Shown here: one piece after another, positions 9,672 to 18,702 of the stretch
Layout of the letters: each line of letters starts with the position of its first letter
How positions within the stretch are numbered: position 1 is the stretch's first letter
Virus record (IMG/VR): IMGVR_UViG_3300021964_000012
Span: 248,001-312,000 of that record
DNA length: 64,000 bases
Direction: 5' to 3' (one strand)
Translations under genes and position numbers: made by a program
The notes under the pieces: generated by a model
What the model saw: only the letters and a program-made list of their open reading frames with translations
Told to the model about the DNA's origin: nothing
The model's database searches: none

Positions 9672-9753
9672 GAGTAGCAACTACTACTCTATCATTTGCC
9701 TGTTTATGTTTGTCAACAAATAATGCAACTACATTACTTGCACTTTTATTTAG
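9672..9753 (-). promoter_or_regulatory. gp32 leader: late promoter CTAAATA plus two hairpins with identical TAGTTG loops
   Basis: CTAAATA at 9753..9747; CAAGTAATG-TAGTTG-CATTATTTG (9740..9717) and GAGTAG-TAGTTG-CTACTC (9689..9672). Confidence 0.5.
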
Positions 9754-9806
9754 CACAGTAATATCTAAAGGTGAGTTTTTATCTGTGAAAAAGTTAAACA
9801 TGACTA

Positions 9807-9834
9807 ATAATAGCACATGCACAGGAATAGTCAA
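9807..9834 (-). promoter_or_regulatory. sigma70-like early promoter for gp32
   Basis: TTGACT-N16-TATTAT with extended TGn. Confidence 0.65.
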
Positions 9835-9852
9835 AGATTTTGGTTGAGTTTG

Positions 9853-11982
9853 TTAACCTTTTGCGAGGTAAAGAATTCTTTCAAGCATTGGATCACGTTC
9901 TGCTTTGAGTGCTTCTTTGCCAGTGTCGATATCTTGTATTTCTGTCGTCACATGCTTCTTTTCAACAACCTGTCCACTAAGCCTACGCATATCTGACATT
10001 TGAGCATCTTCTATTATACCACCTAATGCTTTGATTCCTTTTTCGGCGAATTGTATAACCTCAGCTGGTTCTGCGTCGACTAAATCTCTGGCCATTTTAT
10101 ACACGTCTAATGTTACATCGTCGGCATTTGCATGCATGTCCTTAAAGTAGTCGCCCATTTCATCTAAGATATGATCATTGTCGGTAAAGTCATTTGTAGA
10201 CGCTTGGTCGTATAAGTGATTAAGGTCGCTAATCAATTCTCTTTTAAGTTCATCTGCACTCATGTAGTCGGTATCGTCTTCAGTCATGTCTTCGGAATCC
10301 AAATCGTCCTGGGCCATCATGTCAACTGGTTTTTCGTTGTCAGTTCCATCTTGGTCGTTTGGATTGACAAAACTGTCCATGCCCTCATATTGAGGTGCAA
10401 CTCTATCCATATAGTCAATCCGTACCCATTCAGCCAGATCATATTCTTCATGTAGTGCATCATAGTCTTCTTCAGCAACTGGTGTACCGTCGGTATACTT
10501 TATGCCATCTTCAAGAACAAAAATTAAATCATCAAAGTCCTGCATATCATATTCGATAGTGTCTTGGTCTATTTCTTTGCCTTTGAAAATAATTTTATCG
10601 CTGTAGCCTTCTTCAATGTCTGAACCACCAGCAGTTTTCACTACATCTTGTCCGCCCATGCCCATTTCTAAACTGCGTTGCTTGCCTGCGGCTGCATTGG
10701 CCTGTCCTTGTTCATATCCACTTGCTGGTTCTTCTTGTGTAGGTGATTCACTTACGTTAACATCTATGTCAACACCAAGTTCCTGAGCACGTGCCTTTAC
10801 TAATTCTCTACAATCTGCATCTGGATCTTTGTCTGCTAGTTCACCAATGTCATCAAACAAACTGTCATCGCCAATCAAGTCATAAAGTTGTTCTGAAGCA
10901 TACTCGCCATCAGGTCCACATGGTAGAGGCTTTGACATAAGCTCTTGTAGCCTTGCCATGTCTTCTGCAGTTTCTGGCAATGCCCATGTACCTTCCATTA
11001 TTTGGTCGGTCCAGTTTTCAAATTGGTTTGCTTCTTTCATTGTGCTTTCCTTTATTTTTGCTAGTATAGGCAATGCTTCTTCGATACGGCTATCAACTGC
11101 ACTGTTTACAAATACTTCTCTTACACTTTCGATTGTTTCGTCTAATTCTGTTGCTACTGCTGGATCATATGTGGCAAATATTTCTTTGTATCCACGTTTG
11201 CCAATCATCTTCTTGGCTTTGCGTTTTAGATCTGCATAATGCTTTACTGCATCTTCTACTATGCCCAATGCTTGTTCGTTTTGTGCAAATGCATTACTGC
11301 GACTTGCTCTTACAAACTTTCCTAGTGTTTTTATTTCATTTATGGTTTCGCTAATGTACTGTCCAAATGCATCATATGGTGTACCGCCTTCGCTTACGTG
11401 ACGTGCCATTGCTTTAGCACCAGCAATACTTTCAAAAGGCATGCGAAATCTTTCACCTTGTGCATTTTCAACAAATAGTGCCGCAATGTTTCTGAAGCGT
11501 TGCTCACCTTCACCAATAGCTCGTGAATGTTGTATCACTACTTTTGCTTTGCCTGGCTGGTTGCTATAGCTCTTGCTTTTACCTTGAGCTTTCCATGCTT
11601 CCATAATAAGGCTTTCGCTTATGTCTGCCATGCTGGCCATTTGATACTTCAGTTTGTTCATGTTGTTCAAACTGAATGTAAGCAGGTTGCGTTTTGCAGT
11701 TTGTCTAAGCATTGCAAGAAAATCATACCAGTCACCTTTATCGCCAGGATCCATACCTTTGCCTAAGTTGTCACCATAGTAGACTTCTAAGTCATTGTCT
11801 CCATTTATTAATACTACAACTGTTCCGTATTCATTTCCGTTAACAGAAAAATTGAAACTAAACAAATCCGCTTCTCTCGGATTTACTGTAGGTTTACCCA
11901 TTGAATCCAAGCTCTTAGGATCTAAGTCTCTAGTAACTAACAAATCATAAATTTGTTGTGATGCTGTGTTTTCTTGTGCCAT
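9853..11982 (-). CDS. Large acidic protein, probable internal head/core protein
   Basis: 709 aa, D/E-rich C-terminal half, late motif 5 nt before ATG, directly downstream of terminase. Confidence 0.55.
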   Translation of the reverse strand: MAQENTASQQIYDLLVTRDLDPKSLDSMGKPTVNPREADLFSFNFSVNGNEYGTVVVLINGDNDLEVYYGDNLGKGMDPGDKGDWYDFLAMLRQTAKRNLLTFSLNNMNKLKYQMASMADISESLIMEAWKAQGKSKSYSNQPGKAKVVIQHSRAIGEGEQRFRNIAALFVENAQGERFRMPFESIAGAKAMARHVSEGGTPYDAFGQYISETINEIKTLGKFVRASRSNAFAQNEQALGIVEDAVKHYADLKRKAKKMIGKRGYKEIFATYDPAVATELDETIESVREVFVNSAVDSRIEEALPILAKIKESTMKEANQFENWTDQIMEGTWALPETAEDMARLQELMSKPLPCGPDGEYASEQLYDLIGDDSLFDDIGELADKDPDADCRELVKARAQELGVDIDVNVSESPTQEEPASGYEQGQANAAAGKQRSLEMGMGGQDVVKTAGGSDIEEGYSDKIIFKGKEIDQDTIEYDMQDFDDLIFVLEDGIKYTDGTPVAEEDYDALHEEYDLAEWVRIDYMDRVAPQYEGMDSFVNPNDQDGTDNEKPVDMMAQDDLDSEDMTEDDTDYMSADELKRELISDLNHLYDQASTNDFTDNDHILDEMGDYFKDMHANADDVTLDVYKMARDLVDAEPAEVIQFAEKGIKALGGIIEDAQMSDMRRLSGQVVEKKHVTTEIQDIDTGKEALKAERDPMLERILYLAKG

Positions 11983-11987
11983 GTACG

Positions 11988-11994
11988 TATTTAT
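11988..11994 (-). promoter_or_regulatory. Late promoter ATAAATA, 5 nt before ATG
   Basis: T4 gp55-type TATAAATA-like motif overlapping the terL stop codon. Confidence 0.6.
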
Positions 11995-13571
11995 TAAAAC
12001 ATTGCCACAAACGGCATAGGTTCTAATGTTTCCTCGCTAAAATCTGTAAGGTGTGAATCAAGTTCTTTGTGATAACTTGTAAGAACCTGGAGCATACGAA
12101 TCGCCAGAAGCGTACTCATCACTAAATCATCAGTCTCGCCAGGCTTGCCAGCATAACTTGTACCGTGAGCAACAAAGTTCTTCAATTCTCCAATCAAACT
12201 AGGAGAGCTTATTGTCATCTTGTTTGTTTCAACCAGTGTTTTTAACTTGGCACAGGCTGCAATTTTACTTTTGTTTGTGGTATTAAAACCTTTACGATAT
12301 CTTCTTCCGCTTGCACTTACTACACTGCTGTCGCTGAGAAAGTATCCTTCAATGTTTTGTTCTCCGTACTGTTCGATGCACAACAAAGCGGCCTCGCCTA
12401 TTGTATTGTTTTCAACACTATAATAAACGCTTTGTGGCTCTTGCACAGTAGAATTTATTTCTTTGACTATTTCAACCATAATTCTAATTTGTTCTGTGAT
12501 TGGCGTTCTGTTGTGTCTCCATTCTGCAACTTGTGTAGTTGAGTTTGCTTCGTAAACTTGTATAGCACTAGGGTCTCCGCCTGTACCAAGACTAGGATCT
12601 AGTGCAACTACATATATTTTACCTTTCTGCGGACGTTTATACCAACGTACCTGTCCAGTTTTGTATAATGGTTCAAGTAAACCTTCCAGATCAATTAATT
12701 TTGTCGGAGATATAAGTGTTTCGTCTGATATAATAAATTCACAGTCCATCTCTCGTCGAAAACGTTCAATCCCAAGTATGTTACGTTGTTCAGTTGCCCA
12801 ATCTTCGTCTCTGTCAGGATGCTCTCGCCAGTATGCTCTATATGCCTTAAAACCATTGATGCCAAGTTCTTTAGTATTTCCAAATTCGTCTTCAGTTTTA
12901 TTAGCACCTTTCCATATAAATGCAAATTGATCCTCATCACTGTTTGGAGTACTGGTAATAATCGCACCACCACCTGTTGACAATGTAGGCGATATACTAG
13001 TCCAAAATTCTCTGGCGATAGTTGGTCTTACAAATGCAAACTCATCGCAATATAACAAGGTTATACTCATACCTCGTCCTGTGTTTTCAGTTGTGGTTTG
13101 TGCTACTATTCTACTTCCATTATCAAATTCTATTGAGCCCTTGTTATAACTGGTTACACCTGCACGTATATGATCAGGACATGCTTCATAGCTGTATCTT
13201 ACACGTTGCATGATTTCTTGGGCACCTGCATATTTGTGTGCCGCAACCAATATTGTACTATCAGGTTTGAACATTGCATACCATAAGAGATATCCAGCCG
13301 CACTTGTGCTTTTACCAGTTTGTCTAGGCATCATTGATATGCTGAATCTATAGTTGTGATATGTGCTTATTAAACGTTCTTGAAACTCCCAGGGATCGTA
13401 CTGCAACTTTCCTTGTACAGGATGTTGAATAAAGAAAAAGTTACGCATAAAGTACTCTGGGCCAGTTTCTGGATCAGCACAACGCATAAACTCGTCTAGT
13501 TGTTGTTCAGTGAATTCTTGTTTTTTATAAGGAGTTTTTACTAATACCCCATCTTCTTGTCTTGCTACCAT
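11994..13571 (-). CDS. gp17: Terminase large subunit, T4 gp17-like
   Basis: MPRQTGKS Walker A, LLYCDEFAFV Walker B, ITSTPN motif, nuclease acidic residues ALDPSLG and TDDLVMS. Confidence 0.95.
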   Translation of the reverse strand: MVARQEDGVLVKTPYKKQEFTEQQLDEFMRCADPETGPEYFMRNFFFIQHPVQGKLQYDPWEFQERLISTYHNYRFSISMMPRQTGKSTSAAGYLLWYAMFKPDSTILVAAHKYAGAQEIMQRVRYSYEACPDHIRAGVTSYNKGSIEFDNGSRIVAQTTTENTGRGMSITLLYCDEFAFVRPTIAREFWTSISPTLSTGGGAIITSTPNSDEDQFAFIWKGANKTEDEFGNTKELGINGFKAYRAYWREHPDRDEDWATEQRNILGIERFRREMDCEFIISDETLISPTKLIDLEGLLEPLYKTGQVRWYKRPQKGKIYVVALDPSLGTGGDPSAIQVYEANSTTQVAEWRHNRTPITEQIRIMVEIVKEINSTVQEPQSVYYSVENNTIGEAALLCIEQYGEQNIEGYFLSDSSVVSASGRRYRKGFNTTNKSKIAACAKLKTLVETNKMTISSPSLIGELKNFVAHGTSYAGKPGETDDLVMSTLLAIRMLQVLTSYHKELDSHLTDFSEETLEPMPFVAMF

Positions 13572-13576
13572 ACTAG

Positions 13577-13583
13577 TACTTAT
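13577..13583 (-). promoter_or_regulatory. Late promoter ATAAGTA, 5 nt before the terL ATG
   Basis: Same 5-nt spacing as four other sites. Confidence 0.55.
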
Positions 13584-14782
13584 AGTGCTCGGGCAATCTC
13601 AGGCCACAGTTTTTCAAACTGTCCTTTTTGATCAGGATGCCATTCTGTTTCTAATTTTTCTGTAAATTCAATAAATTCTTTACTGCGTGTAAGATTATCT
13701 GGCGGCAAAAGTTCTTTTATACCATGAGAAGTAGCTTCACCTGTATTACCTTTTATAAGTTGTTGTTCGATTCCAGATAAAAAGTCCAATTCACGATTTG
13801 TAGAAGGTCTGTTTGATCCAACATGTAGTTTTCGGTATCTATGTATTTCGTCAATTGCCAATTGTCTTATTTGGTCGTTGTGTTGACTAGGGTCAAGGTG
13901 ATCGCCCCATACAACCTGCCAAGTAATAGATAAGTTATGTTTAAGTGCATATTCTTTTAGTTCGCAAACTTTTGTGCAGTTGTATATATTATAAACTGCA
14001 TGTATTCCTCCGCCATGTGAAGAGTTTTTTATTTTGTTTGCAACAGTGGTAATATTTTTGTCCATTTGTTTCCAAGAACTACCCCACCTGACGTATTCAA
14101 ATCTTTCTCCGATGTTATCGAAACTCATACTCCAACTGACATTATCTCTTGCAAGTAACTTTTTTGGTACTGGAAATCGATCAAAATCTACAGTGCAATT
14201 TGTTATTAGTGTCACTTGGACGTCTGAAGGCAAGATATCTAAAAGTCTATCATTTTCCTTCATCATTAACGGTTCACCGCCTACCATTGCGACTTCTCTT
14301 ACAAAATCTTTGTGTTTGCTGATATAATCAATTACTTGTTGCTCTTGCTTGTTGATTGTATGACTATTACCTTGTCCGATTATACTTGCCCATTTAGTAC
14401 TAAAAACTGAACTACAATAGGTACATGCTAAATTGCAAGTATTATTCCAGCGTACATCAATCAATGCGGGTTTGTGTTCATCAAGACTGGCATTTGCAAC
14501 ATCAAAATCTTCGCTTACATTGTTGTGCCAATGTCTTTCGCTTTCGCCTGTAATGTTTTCTCGGCGTATACAACCGTCGCAGTATTTTTCGTGCAATACT
14601 CCGTTACGTATTGACTTTTTTATTTCTTTAAGAGTATCGCTTTGTAAAATTGATTCAATTGATCCATCATCATGCTTTCCTAGCATGTTTGGATTAGCGG
14701 CACAACAGGTTTTTATTTGTCCTTCAAAATTTAAATGCAGACTACGCCATGGGGCTGCACAATACTTTTTCTCTTGTTCCAT
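13580..14782 (-). CDS. Radical SAM protein with N-terminal SPASM/Twitch-like region
   Basis: CNLACTYC and VGGEPLM; N-terminal CAAPW...GQIKTCC...CDGC. Confidence 0.85.
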   Translation of the reverse strand: MEQEKKYCAAPWRSLHLNFEGQIKTCCAANPNMLGKHDDGSIESILQSDTLKEIKKSIRNGVLHEKYCDGCIRRENITGESERHWHNNVSEDFDVANASLDEHKPALIDVRWNNTCNLACTYCSSVFSTKWASIIGQGNSHTINKQEQQVIDYISKHKDFVREVAMVGGEPLMMKENDRLLDILPSDVQVTLITNCTVDFDRFPVPKKLLARDNVSWSMSFDNIGERFEYVRWGSSWKQMDKNITTVANKIKNSSHGGGIHAVYNIYNCTKVCELKEYALKHNLSITWQVVWGDHLDPSQHNDQIRQLAIDEIHRYRKLHVGSNRPSTNRELDFLSGIEQQLIKGNTGEATSHGIKELLPPDNLTRSKEFIEFTEKLETEWHPDQKGQFEKLWPEIARAL

Positions 14783-14787
14783 ACCAT

Positions 14788-14794
14788 TACTTAT
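14788..14794 (-). promoter_or_regulatory. Late promoter ATAAGTA, 5 nt before ATG
   Basis: Overlaps the stop of the 45-aa ORF. Confidence 0.55.
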
Positions 14795-14928
14795 ATGGAC
14801 TTTGGAGAACGGTTTTTTATTTTGTTATTTGATTTTGGTTGTAGATACTCAGCTGGTAAAGGAGCAACCTTGGGTGTTGGCTTTGGTTTTGGTTTTTCAA
14901 GTCCGCCAAAATTTATGCCTGTAATCAT
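14791..14928 (-). CDS. Unannotated 45-aa Lys/Pro-rich peptide
   Basis: MITGINFGGLEKPKPKPTPKVAPLPAEYLQPKSNNKIKNRSPKSI; ATGA overlap with the SNase stop; fills the gap up to the radical SAM gene. Confidence 0.55.
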   Translation of the reverse strand: MITGINFGGLEKPKPKPTPKVAPLPAEYLQPKSNNKIKNRSPKSI

Positions 14929-15365
14929 GTTACTACGCCATCTTCAAGCAACTTAACTCGATTGGCTAGGTGTGCTTTTTGTACGTCTTCTTTGTTCTGT
15001 CCATGATAAGGTACTGCGTGTCCTTCGCTTACAAGAATTTCAGTAAGCATACGCCATGTATCTGTAGCACCGTCGTACACACTAAAGTCGCCTAAGATAC
15101 GTCCAAACTTGCCTTTCATATCTTCGCCGTTTTTGTTTATTTGTGTTTTGAGAACGCAGGTTTTCCCTAGTAGTTGTTTTACTCTTGCTTTGGCGGCAAG
15201 CCCAAACTTTTTTTCTTCTTTGTCTCTTGTTCTTGATTCTGGTGTGTCTATGCCCATTATACGAACACGCTCATCTGATAGCACTATGCCAAATCCTAAG
15301 TCGATATCTACATCAACTGTGTCACCATCTACAACTTTTATTACTGTTGCTCTATACTCATACAT
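14925..15365 (-). CDS. Staphylococcal nuclease (SNase/thermonuclease)-like protein
   Basis: VVDGDTV, RVRIMGIDTPE, GKFGRILG catalytic motifs; no signal peptide. Confidence 0.85.
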   Translation of the reverse strand: MYEYRATVIKVVDGDTVDVDIDLGFGIVLSDERVRIMGIDTPESRTRDKEEKKFGLAAKARVKQLLGKTCVLKTQINKNGEDMKGKFGRILGDFSVYDGATDTWRMLTEILVSEGHAVPYHGQNKEDVQKAHLANRVKLLEDGVVT

Positions 15366-15371
15366 ATTATG

Positions 15372-15393
15372 CTCCTGTTATAGGAGTATTTAT
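15372..15393 (-). promoter_or_regulatory. Late promoter with an SD-sequestering mini-hairpin
   Basis: ATAAATA-CTCCT-ATAAC-AGGAG-CATAAT-ATG; CTCCT can pair with the AGGAG Shine-Dalgarno. Confidence 0.5.
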
Positions 15394-15399
15394 TAAGTA

Positions 15400-16230
15400 T
15401 TATAAATCCCACTTGTTAGCAAAGTATGTTTCAAGACCAGATATTTCGCTTGCTGTCAGAGTTCTACTATAAAAAACCAGTTCAGCAACAAATCCTGTAA
15501 ACTGATTTCCAAGTTCTTCTTGATAATCACTGCCAACAATAAAACTGTTACAGATGCCGCCAAATGCAGAAGGTACTGGATCAGTATAGGTAAGTGGAAC
15601 ATCACTTTCATCTAGTCTAAATTTCAATCGGTCAGAATCAGTTGCGCCGGTGCCATCAAAAATGATTGATTGTATATGATAGCTGCTGTCTGTTCCAACA
15701 GGTGTAGTTGGTGTAGCACTCATTGCACCTACTTGGCCAGTCATCATGTACAATTCATATTCATTGGCTGCATTTTTACCGTAGCCCATATCACCACAGT
15801 CGGATTGTGCTTGTGTTTCAATAACTCCGCTACTACCGTTGCTAAATCTACTAACAATAAACATACTAGCACCAGTGAGATTTTGTAACCATGTTGCTGG
15901 ATTACTGCTACACGCATCCGAGCCATCAAATTCCAATGCACCAAGGCTGTTAAGTTGATTAGTTCTGTAGTTTGGTCTTCCTCCTGGGCCGCCAACAACA
16001 GGGTTCAAGTTGTGTGCATACGCCGAAAGGTCGTTCCATTGTGTTATACCGTCGCCATCACTGGGATTTGTAGGCTGAAAGTATTCATTGGTTGCAGCAT
16101 CATACCAAATTTCAAGCACCAATGGAGCGTCAGGAACAATATCTCCAGGATTTGGTTCAGCTGGTGCTCCAGGTGAGTATGAGTTGTTAAGCACTCCTAG
16201 GCCCCGGGACTTAAAGACCCGATTAACCAT
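15400..16230 (-). CDS. Putative virion protein with LamG/concanavalin-like beta-sandwich
   Basis: WYDA...WNDLS...LEFDG...GFVAELVFYSRTLT..E...L..KW pattern. Confidence 0.6.
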   Translation of the reverse strand: MVNRVFKSRGLGVLNNSYSPGAPAEPNPGDIVPDAPLVLEIWYDAATNEYFQPTNPSDGDGITQWNDLSAYAHNLNPVVGGPGGRPNYRTNQLNSLGALEFDGSDACSSNPATWLQNLTGASMFIVSRFSNGSSGVIETQAQSDCGDMGYGKNAANEYELYMMTGQVGAMSATPTTPVGTDSSYHIQSIIFDGTGATDSDRLKFRLDESDVPLTYTDPVPSAFGGICNSFIVGSDYQEELGNQFTGFVAELVFYSRTLTASEISGLETYFANKWDL

Positions 16231-16529
16231 TAGATTGCTCCAAGTTCTGTGATGCTTACTCTGCCTGCGGCTGTAACTTGTAAAAATGCTACAAGATATG
16301 TTGGTTCAACAACCAAAAATTCAACACTGCCTGCTGGCATCATTAGGCTGTTTGATGTAGCAGTTGGCGATGTGCCAATTTCAATATAGGTATCTTGATT
16401 GACTGCAATGCGTATAATGTTTGTTGTGGATTGTAATGCACCACTTTGTTGGCTGGCTCCACTGGATGTAAATCCTTGCGTGGTAGCTGGATAGTATGCG
16501 CCTTTTCTAAATGTAAGTGCTGATGCCAT
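16230..16529 (-). CDS. Small beta-rich putative virion protein
   Basis: 99 aa Ser/Thr-rich; ATAAATA at 16551..16545 upstream. Confidence 0.6.
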   Translation of the reverse strand: MASALTFRKGAYYPATTQGFTSSGASQQSGALQSTTNIIRIAVNQDTYIEIGTSPTATSNSLMMPAGSVEFLVVEPTYLVAFLQVTAAGRVSITELGAI

Positions 16530-16557
16530 TTTTTCCCCTCAACGTATTTATGGTGAA

Positions 16558-17427
16558 TTATGGATTGATGTAGGTGTTATCTATAATGATAAGATTGAAC
16601 GTACTACTACAATCGTTTCCTGAACTACTTGTGAAAGCACGAACTTCTATGTCAGTTTTTTCTGTAAACTTCAACGGTACAATATAGTTTTTGCTGTATT
16701 GACTTCCTGCACTGGTAACAATGTCTTTGCTGTTAAAAGCACCCCCAAATGGTCTACACACAAGTAAAGCAGTAGTATCAGCATTTTGTCCACCAGCGCC
16801 AATGGTCCATTGTGTAATATAGGCTGTATATCCTGCCGGTACTGTGTATATTGCCATGAAAGTCTGTCCAAGACTGGCTCCGCCACCTGTGCCTACTTTT
16901 AGTATCTGAGCAAGGAGTGTGCCGCCACCTCCGCTTGCACTACGCACACTGATAGTACCTGCGGCTTGTCCACCACTGCCTACACTGGTAACAATTACAC
17001 GGAACACTCTGATAAATGTTGTGTTGCTTGCACCATCATCAATGTCGATGGTTTCTGTGGCTAGTGCATAGTTTTCATCAAGTCCTTGTACTTCAACTTG
17101 TCTGGCGCCTGTGCCTGCAGGTGTATCGTTGCCGTCACTGCTGGTTACATAAACACTACTTGAACTTGTAAGGTAGGTGTATACATTGCTCCCATCCCAG
17201 ATGGTTTCGATATTGCCACTTAGTGTGTCGTTTCGTCCAAACTTTTCAATGTAGCTAACACCGTCTACAGCACCATTGGATATGTTTATACCCCAACTGT
17301 AGAGGTCTCCTGATGTACGCACAATGGGTTGTCCCGAAGCATTGTAGTCCATTGCCTTGACCAGGTTCTCGGTGTTTGGTTCGTAGCTGTGAACGTAGTT
17401 TGTGCTGTTTGGATTATAATTTGCCAT
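16558..17427 (-). CDS. Putative virion structural protein
   Basis: 289 aa Gly/Ser/Thr-rich beta protein within a late cluster. Confidence 0.55.
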   Translation of the reverse strand: MANYNPNSTNYVHSYEPNTENLVKAMDYNASGQPIVRTSGDLYSWGINISNGAVDGVSYIEKFGRNDTLSGNIETIWDGSNVYTYLTSSSSVYVTSSDGNDTPAGTGARQVEVQGLDENYALATETIDIDDGASNTTFIRVFRVIVTSVGSGGQAAGTISVRSASGGGGTLLAQILKVGTGGGASLGQTFMAIYTVPAGYTAYITQWTIGAGGQNADTTALLVCRPFGGAFNSKDIVTSAGSQYSKNYIVPLKFTEKTDIEVRAFTSSSGNDCSSTFNLIIIDNTYINP

Positions 17428-17433
17428 TATCTA

Positions 17434-18324
17434 TCAAAGTCCGTAGGCCGATTTGGTGCTGTTAAAGTTATTTGCAACTTCTTGTGCAGTTAGTGCATCA
17501 CTATATACTCTAATTTCGCCCATGTTGCCATTATAGTAAGTACCGTCGCCCATGTTAGTTATTGTACCAGCACCGAATAATAGATACTGTGTTGTTTCAC
17601 CATCATCGTGTGGAGAATCATATGTTACATTTGCACTTGCAACCTCTGCGCCATTGATATAACCTTTTAGTGTAGTACCATTATAGGTAATAACCATGTG
17701 ATACCATGTGTTATAATTCAATGCTGATCCGGTATCTTTTGTGATGCCTGTGCCATTCCAAAGTCCAAAGTTGGGCACAGGATTTACCGCACCAACAAAT
17801 TCTAAAGCACTGAAATGATAAGACACACCTGGTGTAGCGGTACTTGAGACTTGCATTACTACTCCAGCAGCAGTAGGATATACCCATACACCTGCACTGA
17901 ACGTGTCTGGATTTCCTATATCACTGTATAAGTTTGCTGATCGTATGTAATCGTTGACTCCATCAAGTGTAAATATTCCATTATCTACATCGACGGTTGC
18001 TCCTACAAGAGTACCATTATTTCCTTCGCCACTTTGATCAACTATAGCACCACCGCTAAGTTCTCTGTTAGGTTTATAATAAGTAACTAGTCCGCTCTCA
18101 GTATACTGTGGCGTCAACCATGGTCGTCCAAGCTCACTCTGATTTTGTTTTATTCTATCTGCTTGATTATTATTATCTACTGCATAGACTGCTGGTAGTA
18201 ATTCTAAATTATATTGATCTGATCTAGTAGGTTGTGTTGCGGCTCTGTTTATCACTGCAAGATCCAATTTGGCAATCTGTCTATCTCTTTTCCACTCCAG
18301 TGTAGATATACCATTAGCTGCCAT
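17434..18324 (-). CDS. LamG/concanavalin-A-like domain protein
   Basis: FTLDGVNDY, WYHMVITYNGTTLKGYING, GNMGEIRVYSDALTAQEV. Confidence 0.75.
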   Translation of the reverse strand: MAANGISTLEWKRDRQIAKLDLAVINRAATQPTRSDQYNLELLPAVYAVDNNNQADRIKQNQSELGRPWLTPQYTESGLVTYYKPNRELSGGAIVDQSGEGNNGTLVGATVDVDNGIFTLDGVNDYIRSANLYSDIGNPDTFSAGVWVYPTAAGVVMQVSSTATPGVSYHFSALEFVGAVNPVPNFGLWNGTGITKDTGSALNYNTWYHMVITYNGTTLKGYINGAEVASANVTYDSPHDDGETTQYLLFGAGTITNMGDGTYYNGNMGEIRVYSDALTAQEVANNFNSTKSAYGL

Positions 18325-18695
18325 TACCTAGGATAACCTTTAAATGCAACCACTGGACTTTTTGTATTCACTGCTGGAAGTTCACTGCTGCCTTTTTGTG
18401 CAGTTCTTTTTTTAGCTGTCAATCCAATTGATTTGAAAGCGTTCTGTGCTAGTTTTTCTTCTTCGTCTGTGTAGGTTCCTACATACCCATCACCAGCCAA
18501 CCATGAAGCGTTGTCCATTTCATGTTCAGCATTTCCGTCTTTGTCCATTGAAGCCATTGCAAGACTGGCACGATACAGATCGTAGTATCCGTTGTTTTTT
18601 AAACTTCCTGGGGAGGCTTTTTCAACATGATGAGGTATTTTTCCTTGTTTTAGGCTAGTTCCTCTGCGTTCAGTGATAAATTCGTAGCTACGCAT
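18324..18695 (-). CDS. Hypothetical protein with capsid-targeting-like N-terminus
   Basis: Starts MRSYEFITE (compare T4 IPIII MKTYQEFIAE). Confidence 0.55.
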   Translation of the reverse strand: MRSYEFITERRGTSLKQGKIPHHVEKASPGSLKNNGYYDLYRASLAMASMDKDGNAEHEMDNASWLAGDGYVGTYTDEEEKLAQNAFKSIGLTAKKRTAQKGSSELPAVNTKSPVVAFKGYPR

Positions 18696-18702
18696 AATTT
18701 CA

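Noticed and set aside
11994-13571. Intein or intron in terminase, capsid or portal genes
   Set aside because: Lengths are normal, motifs are contiguous, and no splice-junction or LAGLIDADG signatures were seen.
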